DNA of 64,000 bases from Kofleriaceae bacterium. Its GTDB lineage: Bacteria; Myxococcota_A; Polyangia; Haliangiales; Haliangiaceae. The notes beneath the pieces were generated by a model that had not been told where the DNA came from, searched no databases, and worked only from the letters and a program-made list of their open reading frames with translations. Shown in pieces: positions 28,973 to 38,932 of the stretch. Position 1 is the stretch's first letter, and each line of letters opens with the position of its first letter. Position numbers and translations under genes: made by a program. The DNA lies in contig CBDCCZ010000004.1 of NCBI GenBank assembly GCA_965215005.1, positions 1 to 64,000 on the forward strand. Reading direction: 5' to 3'.

Positions 28973-31175
28973 GTGTCATCGAACGTCGAAATGCCGGAGG
29001 CAAGCCCGGAGCAGTTTCCCGCGCTGCGGCGGCTGGGCTGGCGCAGTCGCCGGCAGGTCCCATTCGTCCAGCAGCTCGAGGCTGCCGACTGCGGTGCCGC
29101 GTGTCTCTCGATGGTGCTGAGCTACTTCGGCAAAACGGTCCGCCTCGATGAGGTGCGCGAAGCGGTGGGGGTGAGCGTGGCCGGCAGCGATGCGCTATCG
29201 GTGGTGCGCGCTGCCGAGTGGTTTGGGTTGCGCGGGCGCGGCTTGCGCTGCGAGGTCGAGGACCTGCACTTTCTGCGTCCTGGAGCGATCCTGCACTGGG
29301 AGTTCAACCACTTCGTGGTGTTCGAGCATATCGACCGCCGCGGCGCGCGCATCGTCGATCCGGGATTTGGGCGCCGCATCGTGCCGCTCGACCAGCTTCG
29401 CGAGTCGTTCACTGGCGTCGCTCTCACGTTCGAGACCACCGATGCCTTCGAGACCTCCGGCCGCACGCGTACAAAGCTGTGGACGTACCTGCGCCACTTG
29501 CTCGCGCAGCGGCCGCTGGTAGCGCGGGTCATGGTGGCTTCGGTGCTGCTTCGAGTGTTCGCGTTGGGATTGCCGGTGCTGACCGCGTTGGTGGTCGACC
29601 GCGTGGTACCGCGCAGCGACGAGAACTTGCTGCTCGTGGTCTGCGTTGGCCTCGGTGGCGTGCTGGTGTTTCAGTTCCTCTCCGAGTTGATTCGGGCCCA
29701 TCTGCTCCTGCAGCTGCGCACCAACCTCGATACCCGCATGACACTCGGATTCCTCGACCACCTGGTGAGCTTGCCGTACGACTTTTTTCAACGGCGCAGC
29801 ACCGGCGATTTGATGATGCGGGTGAGCTCGAACACGCACATTCGCGAGCAGCTCACCGCCAACACGCTCTCGGCGCTGCTCGATGGCGTGCTGGTGTTGG
29901 TGTACCTGGCGCTGATTTTGGCGCTGAGCCCGGTCATGGGCGCGGTGGTGTCTGGGCTCGGGTTGATTCAGGTGGTGGTGTTCTTGGCGTCCCGACGTCG
30001 CTACCGCGAGCTCATGAGCCAAGATCTCGAATCGCAAGCGCGGGCTCAAGCCTACCTGGTGCAGATGATCGCAGGCATTCAGTCGCTCAAGGTGGCTGGC
30101 GCCGAGGGGCGCGCGGTCGAGCACTGGTCGAACTTGTTCGTCGATGAGCTCAACGTGGCGCTCGATCGCGGGCGTTTGGCAGCGTTTGTCGAGTCGCTCA
30201 AGCGGGGTGTTGCAGGCTGGCTCACCGCTCATCGTTTTGGCGGTGGGCGCGGTGCTGGTGATGCAACAGAGCCTGTCGCTTGGGACGATGCTCGCGCTCA
30301 ACGCGCTGGCGATTGGCTTTCTGTTGCCAATCTCGACGCTGGTGGAGAATGCGCTGCAGCTGCAGTTGCTCTCGAGCTACATCGATCGCATCGATGATGT
30401 GTTGGCGACCGAGCGTGAGCAGCTGCGCGGTGAGGTGGTGCGGGCGCCGCGGCTCAAGGGACGTATCGAGCTCCGCGAGGTCGCCTTTCGCTATAGCACC
30501 CACGGCGCAATGGTGGTGCGAGATGCCAACCTCGTGGTCGAGCCGGGCATGGCGGTGGCGATCGTTGGCCGATCGGGGTCGGGTAAGTCGACCCTGGCCA
30601 ACCTCTTGGTCGGGCTGTACCGACCGTCGTCGGGCACGATTCTCTACGATGACCATAGTCTCGCCGACCTCGACTTCCAGAGCGTCCGTAAGCAGCTCGG
30701 GGTCGTCCCGCAGCACCCGTACATCTTCGCCGGACCGGTGCGCGAGAACATCGCGCTCACCGATCCGAGCGCCTCGCGTGAGCGCATCGTGGCGGCGGCG
30801 CGAGAGGCGCGGATTCACGATGACATCGTCGCGATGCCGATGGGCTACGAGTCGATCATCGCCGACGGCGGCGCCTCCCTCAGTGGAGGGCAGCGGCAGC
30901 GCATCGCGTTGGCGCGGGCACTTCTGAGCCGGCCATCGATCTTGCTGCTCGATGAGGCAACGAGTGCCCTCGACAGCCGCACGGAGAAGGCTGTGATGTA
31001 CAACTTGGGACGCCAAAGCTGCACGCGTATCATCATCGCTCATCGGCTCAGCACCATCGCCAGCGCCGACATGATCGTGGTCATGGACGAAGGTCGCATC
31101 GTCGAGATCGGCACCCATAGCCAGCTGGTGCAGGCTGGAGGACCCTACAGCGAGCTGATTGCGGCGCAGCTATGA
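28973..31175 (+). pseudogene. C39 peptidase-containing ABC transporter (LanT/PCAT type), one frameshift near 30200
   Basis: QQLEAADCGAACL and HWEFNHFVV in frame 1; GRSGSGKST, LSGGQRQR, LLLDEATS in frame 2; removing one A in CTCAAGC (30200-30201) joins the frames. Confidence 0.88.
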
Positions 31176-32074
31176 GTAAGACCTCGGTAGAGCTCATTTG
31201 GCGCTGGCCGTGGCTCTTGATGGTCATAGCGATGTCCGGGTGTGGCCAGGAGGTGCAAGAGCCACCTACGGCCGTGACGCCGGTGGCCGAGCTCGCGCCC
31301 GCATTAGCGCCCCTGGCTGGCGAACGGCAGGACTATGTCGCCGTGCTGATTCCGGCCGAGGCTGCCGATCTGGCGCCGCGATTCGCGGGCGAGCTCGAGA
31401 AGGTGCACGTTCGCGCCGGTGACGAGGTCGAGCTCGACGCGCTGATCGCCGAGGTCGATCCACGGCAGCTGCGCGACGAGCTGGCGGTGGCGCGCGCGGC
31501 CTTCCAGTCGGCGCGCGCGCTGCTGCGGGGCGCCGACGTCGACGTTGCCGACGCGGAGCGCACGGTCGCGGCAGAGGAGAGGGCAATCGCGGCGGGGACT
31601 AGTCCGCAGCGAGTATTGGAGGACGCGCGCTTCGAGCTGCGGCGTGCGGTTGCGGCGCGTGAGCGCGCGCGGGCGAGCGTCGCCGAAGAGCGCGCGCGGC
31701 TCGATCAAGTCGAGTCACGGCTCACCGACGCGAACATCACGGCGCCATTCGCCGGGACCGTTGCGATTCGCTATCGCGATCCAGGGGCTGTCGTCGGACC
31801 GGGAGCTCCGGTGGTTCGGCTCATCGGTCGCGGTGGCCTCCGGGTACGATTCGCGGTTCCGGCCAGCGATGTCGCGACGCTGCCGCTGGGGACATCGATA
31901 CGAGTGCGCATCCCGGGCAGCGACGAGCCGGCCATGGCCACGGTCAAGCAGATTGCGCCCGAGCTCGATCCGGCGTCGCGAATGATTTTCGTGGAAGCCG
32001 AGCTCGACGCCAGCGCCGCCGATCGCGCCGATCTCAGCCCCGGCTCCGCGGCGTGGGCGATGCGTGGGCAGTAA
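31172..32074 (+). CDS. Efflux RND-type periplasmic adaptor subunit
   Basis: MSGC lipobox-like; G.L..VHV.AGD.V, coiled coil, ITAPFAGTV, IAPELDPASR. Confidence 0.85.
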   Translation: MSKTSVELIWRWPWLLMVIAMSGCGQEVQEPPTAVTPVAELAPALAPLAGERQDYVAVLIPAEAADLAPRFAGELEKVHVRAGDEVELDALIAEVDPRQLRDELAVARAAFQSARALLRGADVDVADAERTVAAEERAIAAGTSPQRVLEDARFELRRAVAARERARASVAEERARLDQVESRLTDANITAPFAGTVAIRYRDPGAVVGPGAPVVRLIGRGGLRVRFAVPASDVATLPLGTSIRVRIPGSDEPAMATVKQIAPELDPASRMIFVEAELDASAADRADLSPGSAAWAMRGQ

Positions 32075-32181
32075 CGCGACTGCGTTCGCGCGCGGTGACG
32101 CGGCGTGGGCGATGCGCGGGCAGTAACGCGGCGAGTGCGTTCGCGCCCGGCTCCGCGGCGTGGGCAATGCGTGGGCAGTTA
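32047..32181 (+). repeat. Three imperfect tandem copies (period 52-55 bp) of the adaptor gene's 3' end
   Basis: CGCGGCGTGGGC(G/A)ATGCG(T/C)GGGCAGT at 32047, 32099 and 32154. Confidence 0.8.
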
Positions 32182-32335
32182 GCATCGGCGCGCGCCGCGG
32201 AAGGCTTTGCGGCGCCAATGAGCAATGTCGCGAGCCGCGGAGGCTCCGCGGCTCGGTTCGGGCGATCAGTGCGGTGGACGTGGCCCGGTGCGGACCCGCT
32301 ACCGAGCTCTACTGCGCCGTTGTCGGTTGCGGCAC

Positions 32336-32788
32336 TCAGCTGTCGTAGCGAAACGCCGACCAGTTGCCGCTCTGCTTTTTGTCGGTGCCGATGACGACGG
32401 TCTCAAAGGTGCCATCGATATTATCGCCGTCGACATTGCCGATGAAGATGGTCTGGACCTGACAGTTGCAGGACGGGTCGACGTACGAATCGATCTTGCC
32501 ACTCACGTGGCCTTCTTCGACTTCGACGAAGCTTATCTTGAGCGCGTCTGGCGCTCCCTTGACGCCATCGGGGAACATCTTCACGTAGCCGTCGGCGGTG
32601 TGTCGGCCGACGCCGAGGCTGAACTTGATCGTTCCCTGTCGTCCGGTCTCGACGCCCTTGTACTCGCCCTGCCAGTCGCCGGCCAGGAGCACCAGATCCT
32701 CGTTCTCACCCTTCATCTGAATTGCCTGAGAGCCCCCGCAGGCGCTCATTAGTATCAAGATCGCAACAATCATCATCGCCCGCGTCAT
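32336..32788 (-). CDS. Hypothetical lipoprotein
   Basis: AAGGAG RBS, LMSAC lipobox, beta-rich body with CNC. Confidence 0.7.
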   Translation of the reverse strand: MTRAMMIVAILILMSACGGSQAIQMKGENEDLVLLAGDWQGEYKGVETGRQGTIKFSLGVGRHTADGYVKMFPDGVKGAPDALKISFVEVEEGHVSGKIDSYVDPSCNCQVQTIFIGNVDGDNIDGTFETVVIGTDKKQSGNWSAFRYDS

Positions 32789-32934
32789 GGTTTGTCTCCT
32801 TTGGCTGCGGTGTTCGGCGCTTCCGCTCTCCGTCGCTCCGCTCCGTTGCAGCTACACTTTTGCATCTCCGCTGTGAAAGCGATGTCGGGAAGATTGCACT
32901 AAGCCGCTAAAATCACTCGTTTTTATGTAGGAAA

Positions 32935-33951
32935 GTGTGGTCGGATACAAATCAGCGCGATTTTGTCGTAAGGGCGACAACAGCGGCTGCAAAGACCGCC
33001 GGTGAGCGGGCTGGCGTGGCTGCAGACGAGCGCGTGCCGCGTTACCGTGACGCGGTGGATATTCTTTGTGCAGAGGCCGCTCGCGCGGCTGGCGAGGGCT
33101 TGGCTGGCACCGGGGTGCAGGCGCGGATTTGGCTCGCTCTCGAAGTTCCCGAACCCTGGGACGCCAAGCCTATCAAGAGCCCTTCTTTGGCCACGGTCCG
33201 GCCGCGGCTTGCGCAGTGGCTTGCGGCGGTTCCGGATAGCCGGCTGCAGCTCATCCGCAAGCCGGGCCGCGAACGCGCCGGCGCCCGCACGCTTTTCATC
33301 GGCGACGTTGGAGCACCGTCGCCGTGGCTAGTGCGCTTGTGTCTAACCGACTACGACGAGCTCAATCACCTAAACCTCGAAGCAATTGCCGCCGGGGACG
33401 AGCATCCCCGCGCTGAAGCGGTTCATCATCCGGTGCACCTCGTCTGCACCCACGGCAAGCGCGACCGCTGCTGCGCCAAGTTCGGAATGCCGGTGTTTAG
33501 CGCCATGGCCGCCGCGGAACCCGATCAGGTGTGGCAGACCAGCCACCTCGGCGGCCATCGCTTTGCCGCGACTCTCGTCTCGCTGCCGGTTGGGATGCAC
33601 TACGGCCGCGTCGATGAAGTCGCAGGTCGTCGCATCCTGGCCGATCATGCGCGCGGCACCTTGACGACGCTCGAGGCGGTGCGCGGCCGCTGCTCGCTGG
33701 CGCCGGCGGCCCAGGTCGCCGAGGTCGAGCTTCGCCGCGCGTGCGGATTCGATGGCCTCGAGCCACTCGAGCTCATAGCGCTGCAGCAGCTTGAGCAGGA
33801 GTGGCTCGTGCGTTTCGCGGTTGGCAGCAAGCGGTGGCTGGCGCGAGTCGGTAGCGATTCGTCGAGCGCGTTGCGCCCTGCCAGCTGCGGCGAGGCTGAT
33901 AAAGGATTTGGCTCTCTGCGTCTTCGCTCCCTGGCGCCGGAGCAAGCCTGA
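32935..33951 (+). CDS. Sucrase/ferredoxin-like (thioredoxin-fold 2Fe-2S) protein; start uncertain
   Basis: VCTHGKRDRCCAKFG and SHLGGHRFA motifs. Confidence 0.88.
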   Translation: MWSDTNQRDFVVRATTAAAKTAGERAGVAADERVPRYRDAVDILCAEAARAAGEGLAGTGVQARIWLALEVPEPWDAKPIKSPSLATVRPRLAQWLAAVPDSRLQLIRKPGRERAGARTLFIGDVGAPSPWLVRLCLTDYDELNHLNLEAIAAGDEHPRAEAVHHPVHLVCTHGKRDRCCAKFGMPVFSAMAAAEPDQVWQTSHLGGHRFAATLVSLPVGMHYGRVDEVAGRRILADHARGTLTTLEAVRGRCSLAPAAQVAEVELRRACGFDGLEPLELIALQQLEQEWLVRFAVGSKRWLARVGSDSSSALRPASCGEADKGFGSLRLRSLAPEQA

Positions 33952-33971
33952 GCCGCTCGTGCGCTCGGCGC

Positions 33972-34442
33972 CTAATTGGCCTTTGAAAGCGCTGCGAGCA
34001 GCAGCGTTCGAACCTCGGCGCCGATCCCAGGGCAGGTGCTGTGGCGAGGGCCGGCGACGTTGAGGGTGATGACCGACTCGGCGACGAGCCACGCGCGCAG
34101 CACCGCGGCCGCCTCTGCTTGGTGCAGCACCGCCAGATCGAGGTGCAAGAGCGGCCGGCGATGACGGTGCGCTAGCCGCTTGGTGAGCGCAGTGCCACCG
34201 CTGAGCTCACCGCGGGTGACGATGAGGGTGGCGTCCGACTGCAAGACGTTCTGTTCGGTGCGCGGAGCGTAGCTCGATGAGCTCATTTCGATTAGGCGAT
34301 AATGAACAGGAATGACGCCATCTTCAGCGCGCCTGCCCCGCGGGCACCAGCCGCCGTGGTCGAGGCCGAGCTCGATGGCTGCATCCAAGCCGCCGCGATC
34401 GGCGCCGGTTTGGCCGCCAGAGACGATCTTGTGTACCGCCAT
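33972..34442 (-). CDS. SLOG-superfamily 'putative molybdenum carrier' protein
   Basis: KIVSGGQTGADRGGLDAA, GGWCPRGR, RTEQNV..SDATL, LNVAGPR. Confidence 0.88.
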   Translation of the reverse strand: MAVHKIVSGGQTGADRGGLDAAIELGLDHGGWCPRGRRAEDGVIPVHYRLIEMSSSSYAPRTEQNVLQSDATLIVTRGELSGGTALTKRLAHRHRRPLLHLDLAVLHQAEAAAVLRAWLVAESVITLNVAGPRHSTCPGIGAEVRTLLLAALSKAN

Positions 34443-34476
34443 GCGAAGAGCTTGGTTGGCGCTTTCAAACGTGAGC

Positions 34477-36258
34477 TCAGTCGGCGTACATCGTTTCGAT
34501 GCGGTCGGCGAAGTGTTCGCTAACTGCCGACCGCTTGACCTTGAGGGTGGGCGTGAGCTCGCCGTGCTCAATGGTGAAGTTGCGCGGCAGAATCTCAAAC
34601 TTCTTGATTTGCTCTACTCGCGCCAGCTCGCGATTGACGAGCTCGACGGCGGCCTCAATCTCGTTGCGCAGCTCGCGATGCTCGTTGATGGCCTTCGACT
34701 CGTCGAGATGATGATCCCGTACGAACGCAGCCGCGGCTTCCTCGTCCAGGGTTATCAGCGCCGTCAAGAACTTGCGCCGATCGCCTATCACCACCGCTTC
34801 GCTTATGTACGGGGTGTTCTTGAGGGCCGCTTCGATGTTCTTGGGCGCGATGTTCTTACCGCCGGCGGTGATGATGATGTCTTTCTTGCGACCGGTGATG
34901 CACAAGAAGCCTTCGTGGTCGAGCTCTCCCAAATCACCGGAATGCAGCCAGCCATCCTCGAGCGCCTCTGCGGTGGCAGCGTCATCTTTGAGGTAGCCGA
35001 GAAACACGTTGCGGCCTTTGACGAGGATCTCGCCATCGTCGGCGATACGCACCTGCACGCCTGGAATGGGCGGTCCTACGGTGCCGAACTTGGTGCGGCC
35101 AGCCAGATTGAAGCTGGTGGGGCCGGTGTCTTCCGACTGCCCATAGACCTCGCGTATGACGATATCGAGGCCGGCGAAGAACTCGAGCACTTCTTTGCTG
35201 ATGGGCGCCGCACCGCTTACGCACACCCGGGCGCGCGCGAGGCCGAGCGCAGGCTTAAGCTTGCTGATTACCAGCCGATTGGCAGCTAGGTATTGCGCCT
35301 TCAGCCCCAGGTCGAGCTGTTGGCCGCGGTTCTTGGCATCGCTCACGCGCCAACAGACCGACTGCACCCACGCCAGGAGGTGCTTCTTCGGCCCGCGAGC
35401 CTGACCTAGCTTACCGCGGACCCCTGCGTAGAACTTCTCCCAGATGCGCGGCACGCCGAAGACGACGGTTGGCTGCACCTCGCGGAGATTGTCGGCGACC
35501 TTGTCGAGCGACTCTGCGTAATGGATCGACGAGCCCACCGTGGTGGGGCCGTGGATGGTCATCATCTGCTCGGCTATATGTGAGAGCGGCAGATAGGAGA
35601 GCCCCACGTCGGTGGGCACGTTGCGCACCATACGCACCGAGGTATCGGCGGTCCACGCCAGGTTGTCGTGCGAGAGCATCACTCCTTTGGGCGGTCCGGT
35701 GGTACCCGAGGTGTAGATCAGCGTCGCCAGTCCGCTGGGCTCGAGAGCATCGATTCGCTCCTCGACTAGGCTCTCAGCGATGCTCGAGGCCTTCGCCATG
35801 AAGGCTTCCCAGCTCAGCACCAGCGGATCATCGATGGCTGGCGCTCCCTTCATGGTCACCACGTAGCGAAGCCCGGGCAGCTCGGCGCGAACTTGCTGCA
35901 CCTTTGCCCACTGGTCCTCGTCTTCTATGAGCAGCAGCTTGGCTTCTGCGTGGTCCACGATGTAGCGCAGCTCTTCGGCTGACGAGGTGGTGTAGACCCC
36001 TGCCGCGGCACCGCCGGCGCACATAGCGGCAAGGTCGAAGATGACCCACTCCGGGCGATTGAAGCCGATCATTGCGGCGCGATCGCCGGGCTCGAAGCCA
36101 AGGGCGATCATCGCGCGCGCGGCGTCACGGACCTGCTCGACGTACGCTTTCCAGCTCGTGCTGCGCCACGTGCCGTTGTCCTTGATAGAATACGCAGGCG
36201 CGTAAGGACGAATCCTTGCCTGCCTCATGAGCCGAGCCGGAATGGTGTCGACGCGCAT
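34477..36258 (-). CDS. Long-chain fatty acid-CoA ligase
   Basis: YTSGTTGPPKG, YGQSE, GWLHSGDLG, ITGRKKDIIITAGGKNIAP. Confidence 0.93.
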   Translation of the reverse strand: MRVDTIPARLMRQARIRPYAPAYSIKDNGTWRSTSWKAYVEQVRDAARAMIALGFEPGDRAAMIGFNRPEWVIFDLAAMCAGGAAAGVYTTSSAEELRYIVDHAEAKLLLIEDEDQWAKVQQVRAELPGLRYVVTMKGAPAIDDPLVLSWEAFMAKASSIAESLVEERIDALEPSGLATLIYTSGTTGPPKGVMLSHDNLAWTADTSVRMVRNVPTDVGLSYLPLSHIAEQMMTIHGPTTVGSSIHYAESLDKVADNLREVQPTVVFGVPRIWEKFYAGVRGKLGQARGPKKHLLAWVQSVCWRVSDAKNRGQQLDLGLKAQYLAANRLVISKLKPALGLARARVCVSGAAPISKEVLEFFAGLDIVIREVYGQSEDTGPTSFNLAGRTKFGTVGPPIPGVQVRIADDGEILVKGRNVFLGYLKDDAATAEALEDGWLHSGDLGELDHEGFLCITGRKKDIIITAGGKNIAPKNIEAALKNTPYISEAVVIGDRRKFLTALITLDEEAAAAFVRDHHLDESKAINEHRELRNEIEAAVELVNRELARVEQIKKFEILPRNFTIEHGELTPTLKVKRSAVSEHFADRIETMYAD

Positions 36259-36395
36259 GGAGCCTCGATTCTCTGCGGGAAGCGACGAGGGTAGAGTTAT
36301 TCCAGTGGTCCACGGCGAGAGTCGTGAGCCACCTAGAAGTGGTAACAATCGGACGAGAAACGCCGGAAGGAGCTCGAGTAGCGGCTCTCGGCGTA

Positions 36396-36884
36396 TTAGG
36401 CTTTACGTCGGCGCATCGGCATTACGGCGCCGGTCGAGGACGCTTGCGAGCCAGGATAGTAGCGCGTGGCCCGCCGATTGCCCTCGGTAATGACCTCGCC
36501 GCTCTCGATGAGCTGCTTGGCCGGAAGCGCCAGGGTCTTGGTGTCGGAACCAAGTGCGCGACCGATGGTCTCCATGTTCTCGCCCGGGTGAGAGTGGATG
36601 AAGTCGAGCAGCGCGGCTCGCGCGCCCGCGATCTCTTCGCTACTGCGCTTACCGCCGCTGCGCTGCCGCACCTTGGTTGGAGCAGGAGCAGCGGCAGCGG
36701 CAGGACGCTGGGTTGCTGGCGGAGACGCCGCGGCGCCGGCGCCCCCGAGCGCTGAAGAAAGCGCTTCGATGGCGGCCTCACGGGCGAGCTCCGTGATTTC
36801 GCCGACGAACTCCTCGACGCGCTCGTTGATGCGTCGCTGAAGTTGCTCGAGTGAATTGGTGTTGATGCGTTTTGAGTTGGCCAT
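36396..36884 (-). CDS. Small putative DNA-binding protein (N-terminal helical oligomerisation region, Ala/Pro linker, winged-HTH-like C-terminus)
   Basis: LEQLQRRINERVEEFVGEITELAREAAIEAL...LLDFIHSHPG..METIGRALG...LIESG.V.TEGNRRATRYY. Confidence 0.7.
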   Translation of the reverse strand: MANSKRINTNSLEQLQRRINERVEEFVGEITELAREAAIEALSSALGGAGAAASPPATQRPAAAAAPAPTKVRQRSGGKRSSEEIAGARAALLDFIHSHPGENMETIGRALGSDTKTLALPAKQLIESGEVITEGNRRATRYYPGSQASSTGAVMPMRRRKA

Positions 36885-37150
36885 GGGTCGCTTTGCGAAG
36901 ATGCGGAAAAGCAGCGCCCCGAGGAGCGCGCTCGGCAACAGCGCGGCGCATCATAGCCGAAGAAGTTCAATTTGCGGGGATCGCGCGACCAACACGATGT
37001 TGCGGCCAATCAGAGGTCGCTACATGGATTCTGCCGCCGCGCGGACCCAAATCTGTCGCTAGAGCTCAGTCGTGGCCAGTGATCCTCTGAGCTCGGGTTG
37101 CGCAGCGCGAGGAGGTTTGCTGATCCGATGAAGCAGGGAAGGGGAGGAAG

Positions 37151-37593
37151 GAGAACCGAGAGAGAAAGGGTCGTGCGACCGCCACCGCCGGGAGTTTGCG
37201 ACGGCCGCACGACCGAGAACCGAGAGAGAAAGGGTCGTGCGACCGCCACCGCCGGGAGTTTGCGACGGCCGCACGACCGAGAACCGAGAGAGAAAGGGTC
37301 GTGCGACCGCCACCGCCGGGAGTTTGCGACGGCCGCACGACCGAGAACCGAGAGAGAAAGGGTCGTGCGACCGCCACCGCCGGGAGTTTGCGACGGCCGC
37401 ACGACCGAGAACCGAGAGAGAAAGGGTCGTGCGACCGCCACCGCCGGGAGTTTGCGACGGCCGCACGACCGAGAACCGAGAGAGAAAGGGTCGTGCGACC
37501 GCCACCGCCGGGAGTTTGCGACGGCCGCACGACCGAGAATCAAAGGGGCCGCGTGACCACCGCCGCCGGGAAATTAACGGCGACCACGCGACC
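37151..37593 (-). repeat. 64-bp tandem repeat: six identical copies plus one diverged copy, each with a 17-bp hairpin on the minus strand
   Basis: Units at 37151, 37215, 37279, 37343, 37407, 37471; diverged unit 37535-37593; no unique spacers. Confidence 0.95.
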
Positions 37594-37661
37594 GAAATCA
37601 GGTTCGAGAAGACGCTTCTTCGGCGCAGCAACGAGCCGCGAGCCACCGAAGACGACCCTGC

Positions 37662-38651
37662 TTACATGCGCGGGCCCGCATCGGGGTGAGGTTGCGCTGC
37701 CGGCGAGGAGGTATCAAAGACGCCGGCCAGCGCCGGAGCACCCTGGTCCCAGTAGTTGAACCGCATATCGCCGTTGCTGTTGGTGCCGATCTGAAGGATG
37801 TCGTTGCCCGGATCGTTGCCCATGAAGTTATTGCGTTGAAAGACGGCGCCGTCGGTGGCGCCGATCATGACGCCGTAGATGCCAGAGATGATGTTGGAGT
37901 TGGTCACCGAGACCGCCTCGGCGCCACCGATGTGGAGATCGCAGTGCTCGTAGCTGCCCTGCGCCCCGCCGATCTCGGAGTGATCGATGGTGAGGCGGCC
38001 GCCGCTGGCGATGACGAGGTCGTGGTCGGAGGTGATTAAATAGGTGTCGGTGATGGTTAGATCGCCGCCGGCACGCACTGTGACGCCGCCGTTGGCGAGC
38101 TCAACGAAGCTCGATTTCTCGATGCTAGCCACCGATTCGGCGATCAGCGCGTTGCCGATACTCGAGAATTCGGCACGGCGGATTGCGCAGGTGAGAGCGC
38201 CTGAGTGGCAATAGAGCAGCGATGCCACGTCGCTGCCGCGAGCATGCTCGATGGTGACCGCACCGCCAGCTTCCGCGACAATGCCTCCCCAGGAGATTGC
38301 TCCCGCCGCCGGCTCCATCGTGACGTTGGCGCTCGCGTCACCCGCCACGACGAGGGTGCCCAGCACCCGAAGCTTGGCACCGTCGGCGGCAGTGAAAGCC
38401 GTTCCCGCGGCAATCGTCACCTCGACGCCGGCGGCAATGGTCGCGTCAGCTGCCAGCTCCACCGCACCCGACCAAGTCGTCGAAGAGGTGATCTCGCCGG
38501 CGATGCCCGAGCCAGCATTGGGCGTTGGCATCGGAGTCGGTTGGCCCACGTCCCCGCCGGGGGTGGGGGCTCCGTCAGACACCGGTGACGTGACCATGCA
38601 CGCGCCGGTGAGAACCGAGAGAGCAAGGGCTGCGACGGAACTGGTGTGCAT
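37662..38651 (-). CDS. Right-handed parallel beta-helix lipoprotein
   Basis: LTGAC lipobox; I..TTWSG.V, WGGI, beta-helix repeats, NYW near the C-terminus. Confidence 0.75.
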   Translation of the reverse strand: MHTSSVAALALSVLTGACMVTSPVSDGAPTPGGDVGQPTPMPTPNAGSGIAGEITSSTTWSGAVELAADATIAAGVEVTIAAGTAFTAADGAKLRVLGTLVVAGDASANVTMEPAAGAISWGGIVAEAGGAVTIEHARGSDVASLLYCHSGALTCAIRRAEFSSIGNALIAESVASIEKSSFVELANGGVTVRAGGDLTITDTYLITSDHDLVIASGGRLTIDHSEIGGAQGSYEHCDLHIGGAEAVSVTNSNIISGIYGVMIGATDGAVFQRNNFMGNDPGNDILQIGTNSNGDMRFNYWDQGAPALAGVFDTSSPAAQPHPDAGPRM

Positions 38652-38932
38652 CGCCGCCCTATAAAGCAACCGCTGTGCCTCGCCTAAGTAGCCGTAAACG
38701 TTGCAGCACCTACGCGTTTGGTGGGAGTGAAGGCTCCCATCCGGGGCCGCACGTTCCGCCGGTTCGAGTCCCGGTGCTTCCCGTACGCAAGCGCGGCGAT
38801 GCAGCGCCGACCGCGGCCGGTGCGCGCTCGCCCGCCCGCGTTCGAATGCGGCTACCGCGTGCCGCGCCCGCGATCTCGCCGCTCGTTTTTGCGTGCTCGC
38901 GTGGCTGCCGTTGGCCGCTGAGAGCCATTAGG

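Noticed and set aside
37151..37593. CRISPR array
   Set aside because: The units are fully identical with no unique spacers, and no cas genes are in the window
37010..37759. Repetitive ORFs over the 64-bp array
   Set aside because: The period is not a multiple of 3 and several frames on both strands are open; these are by-products of the repeat
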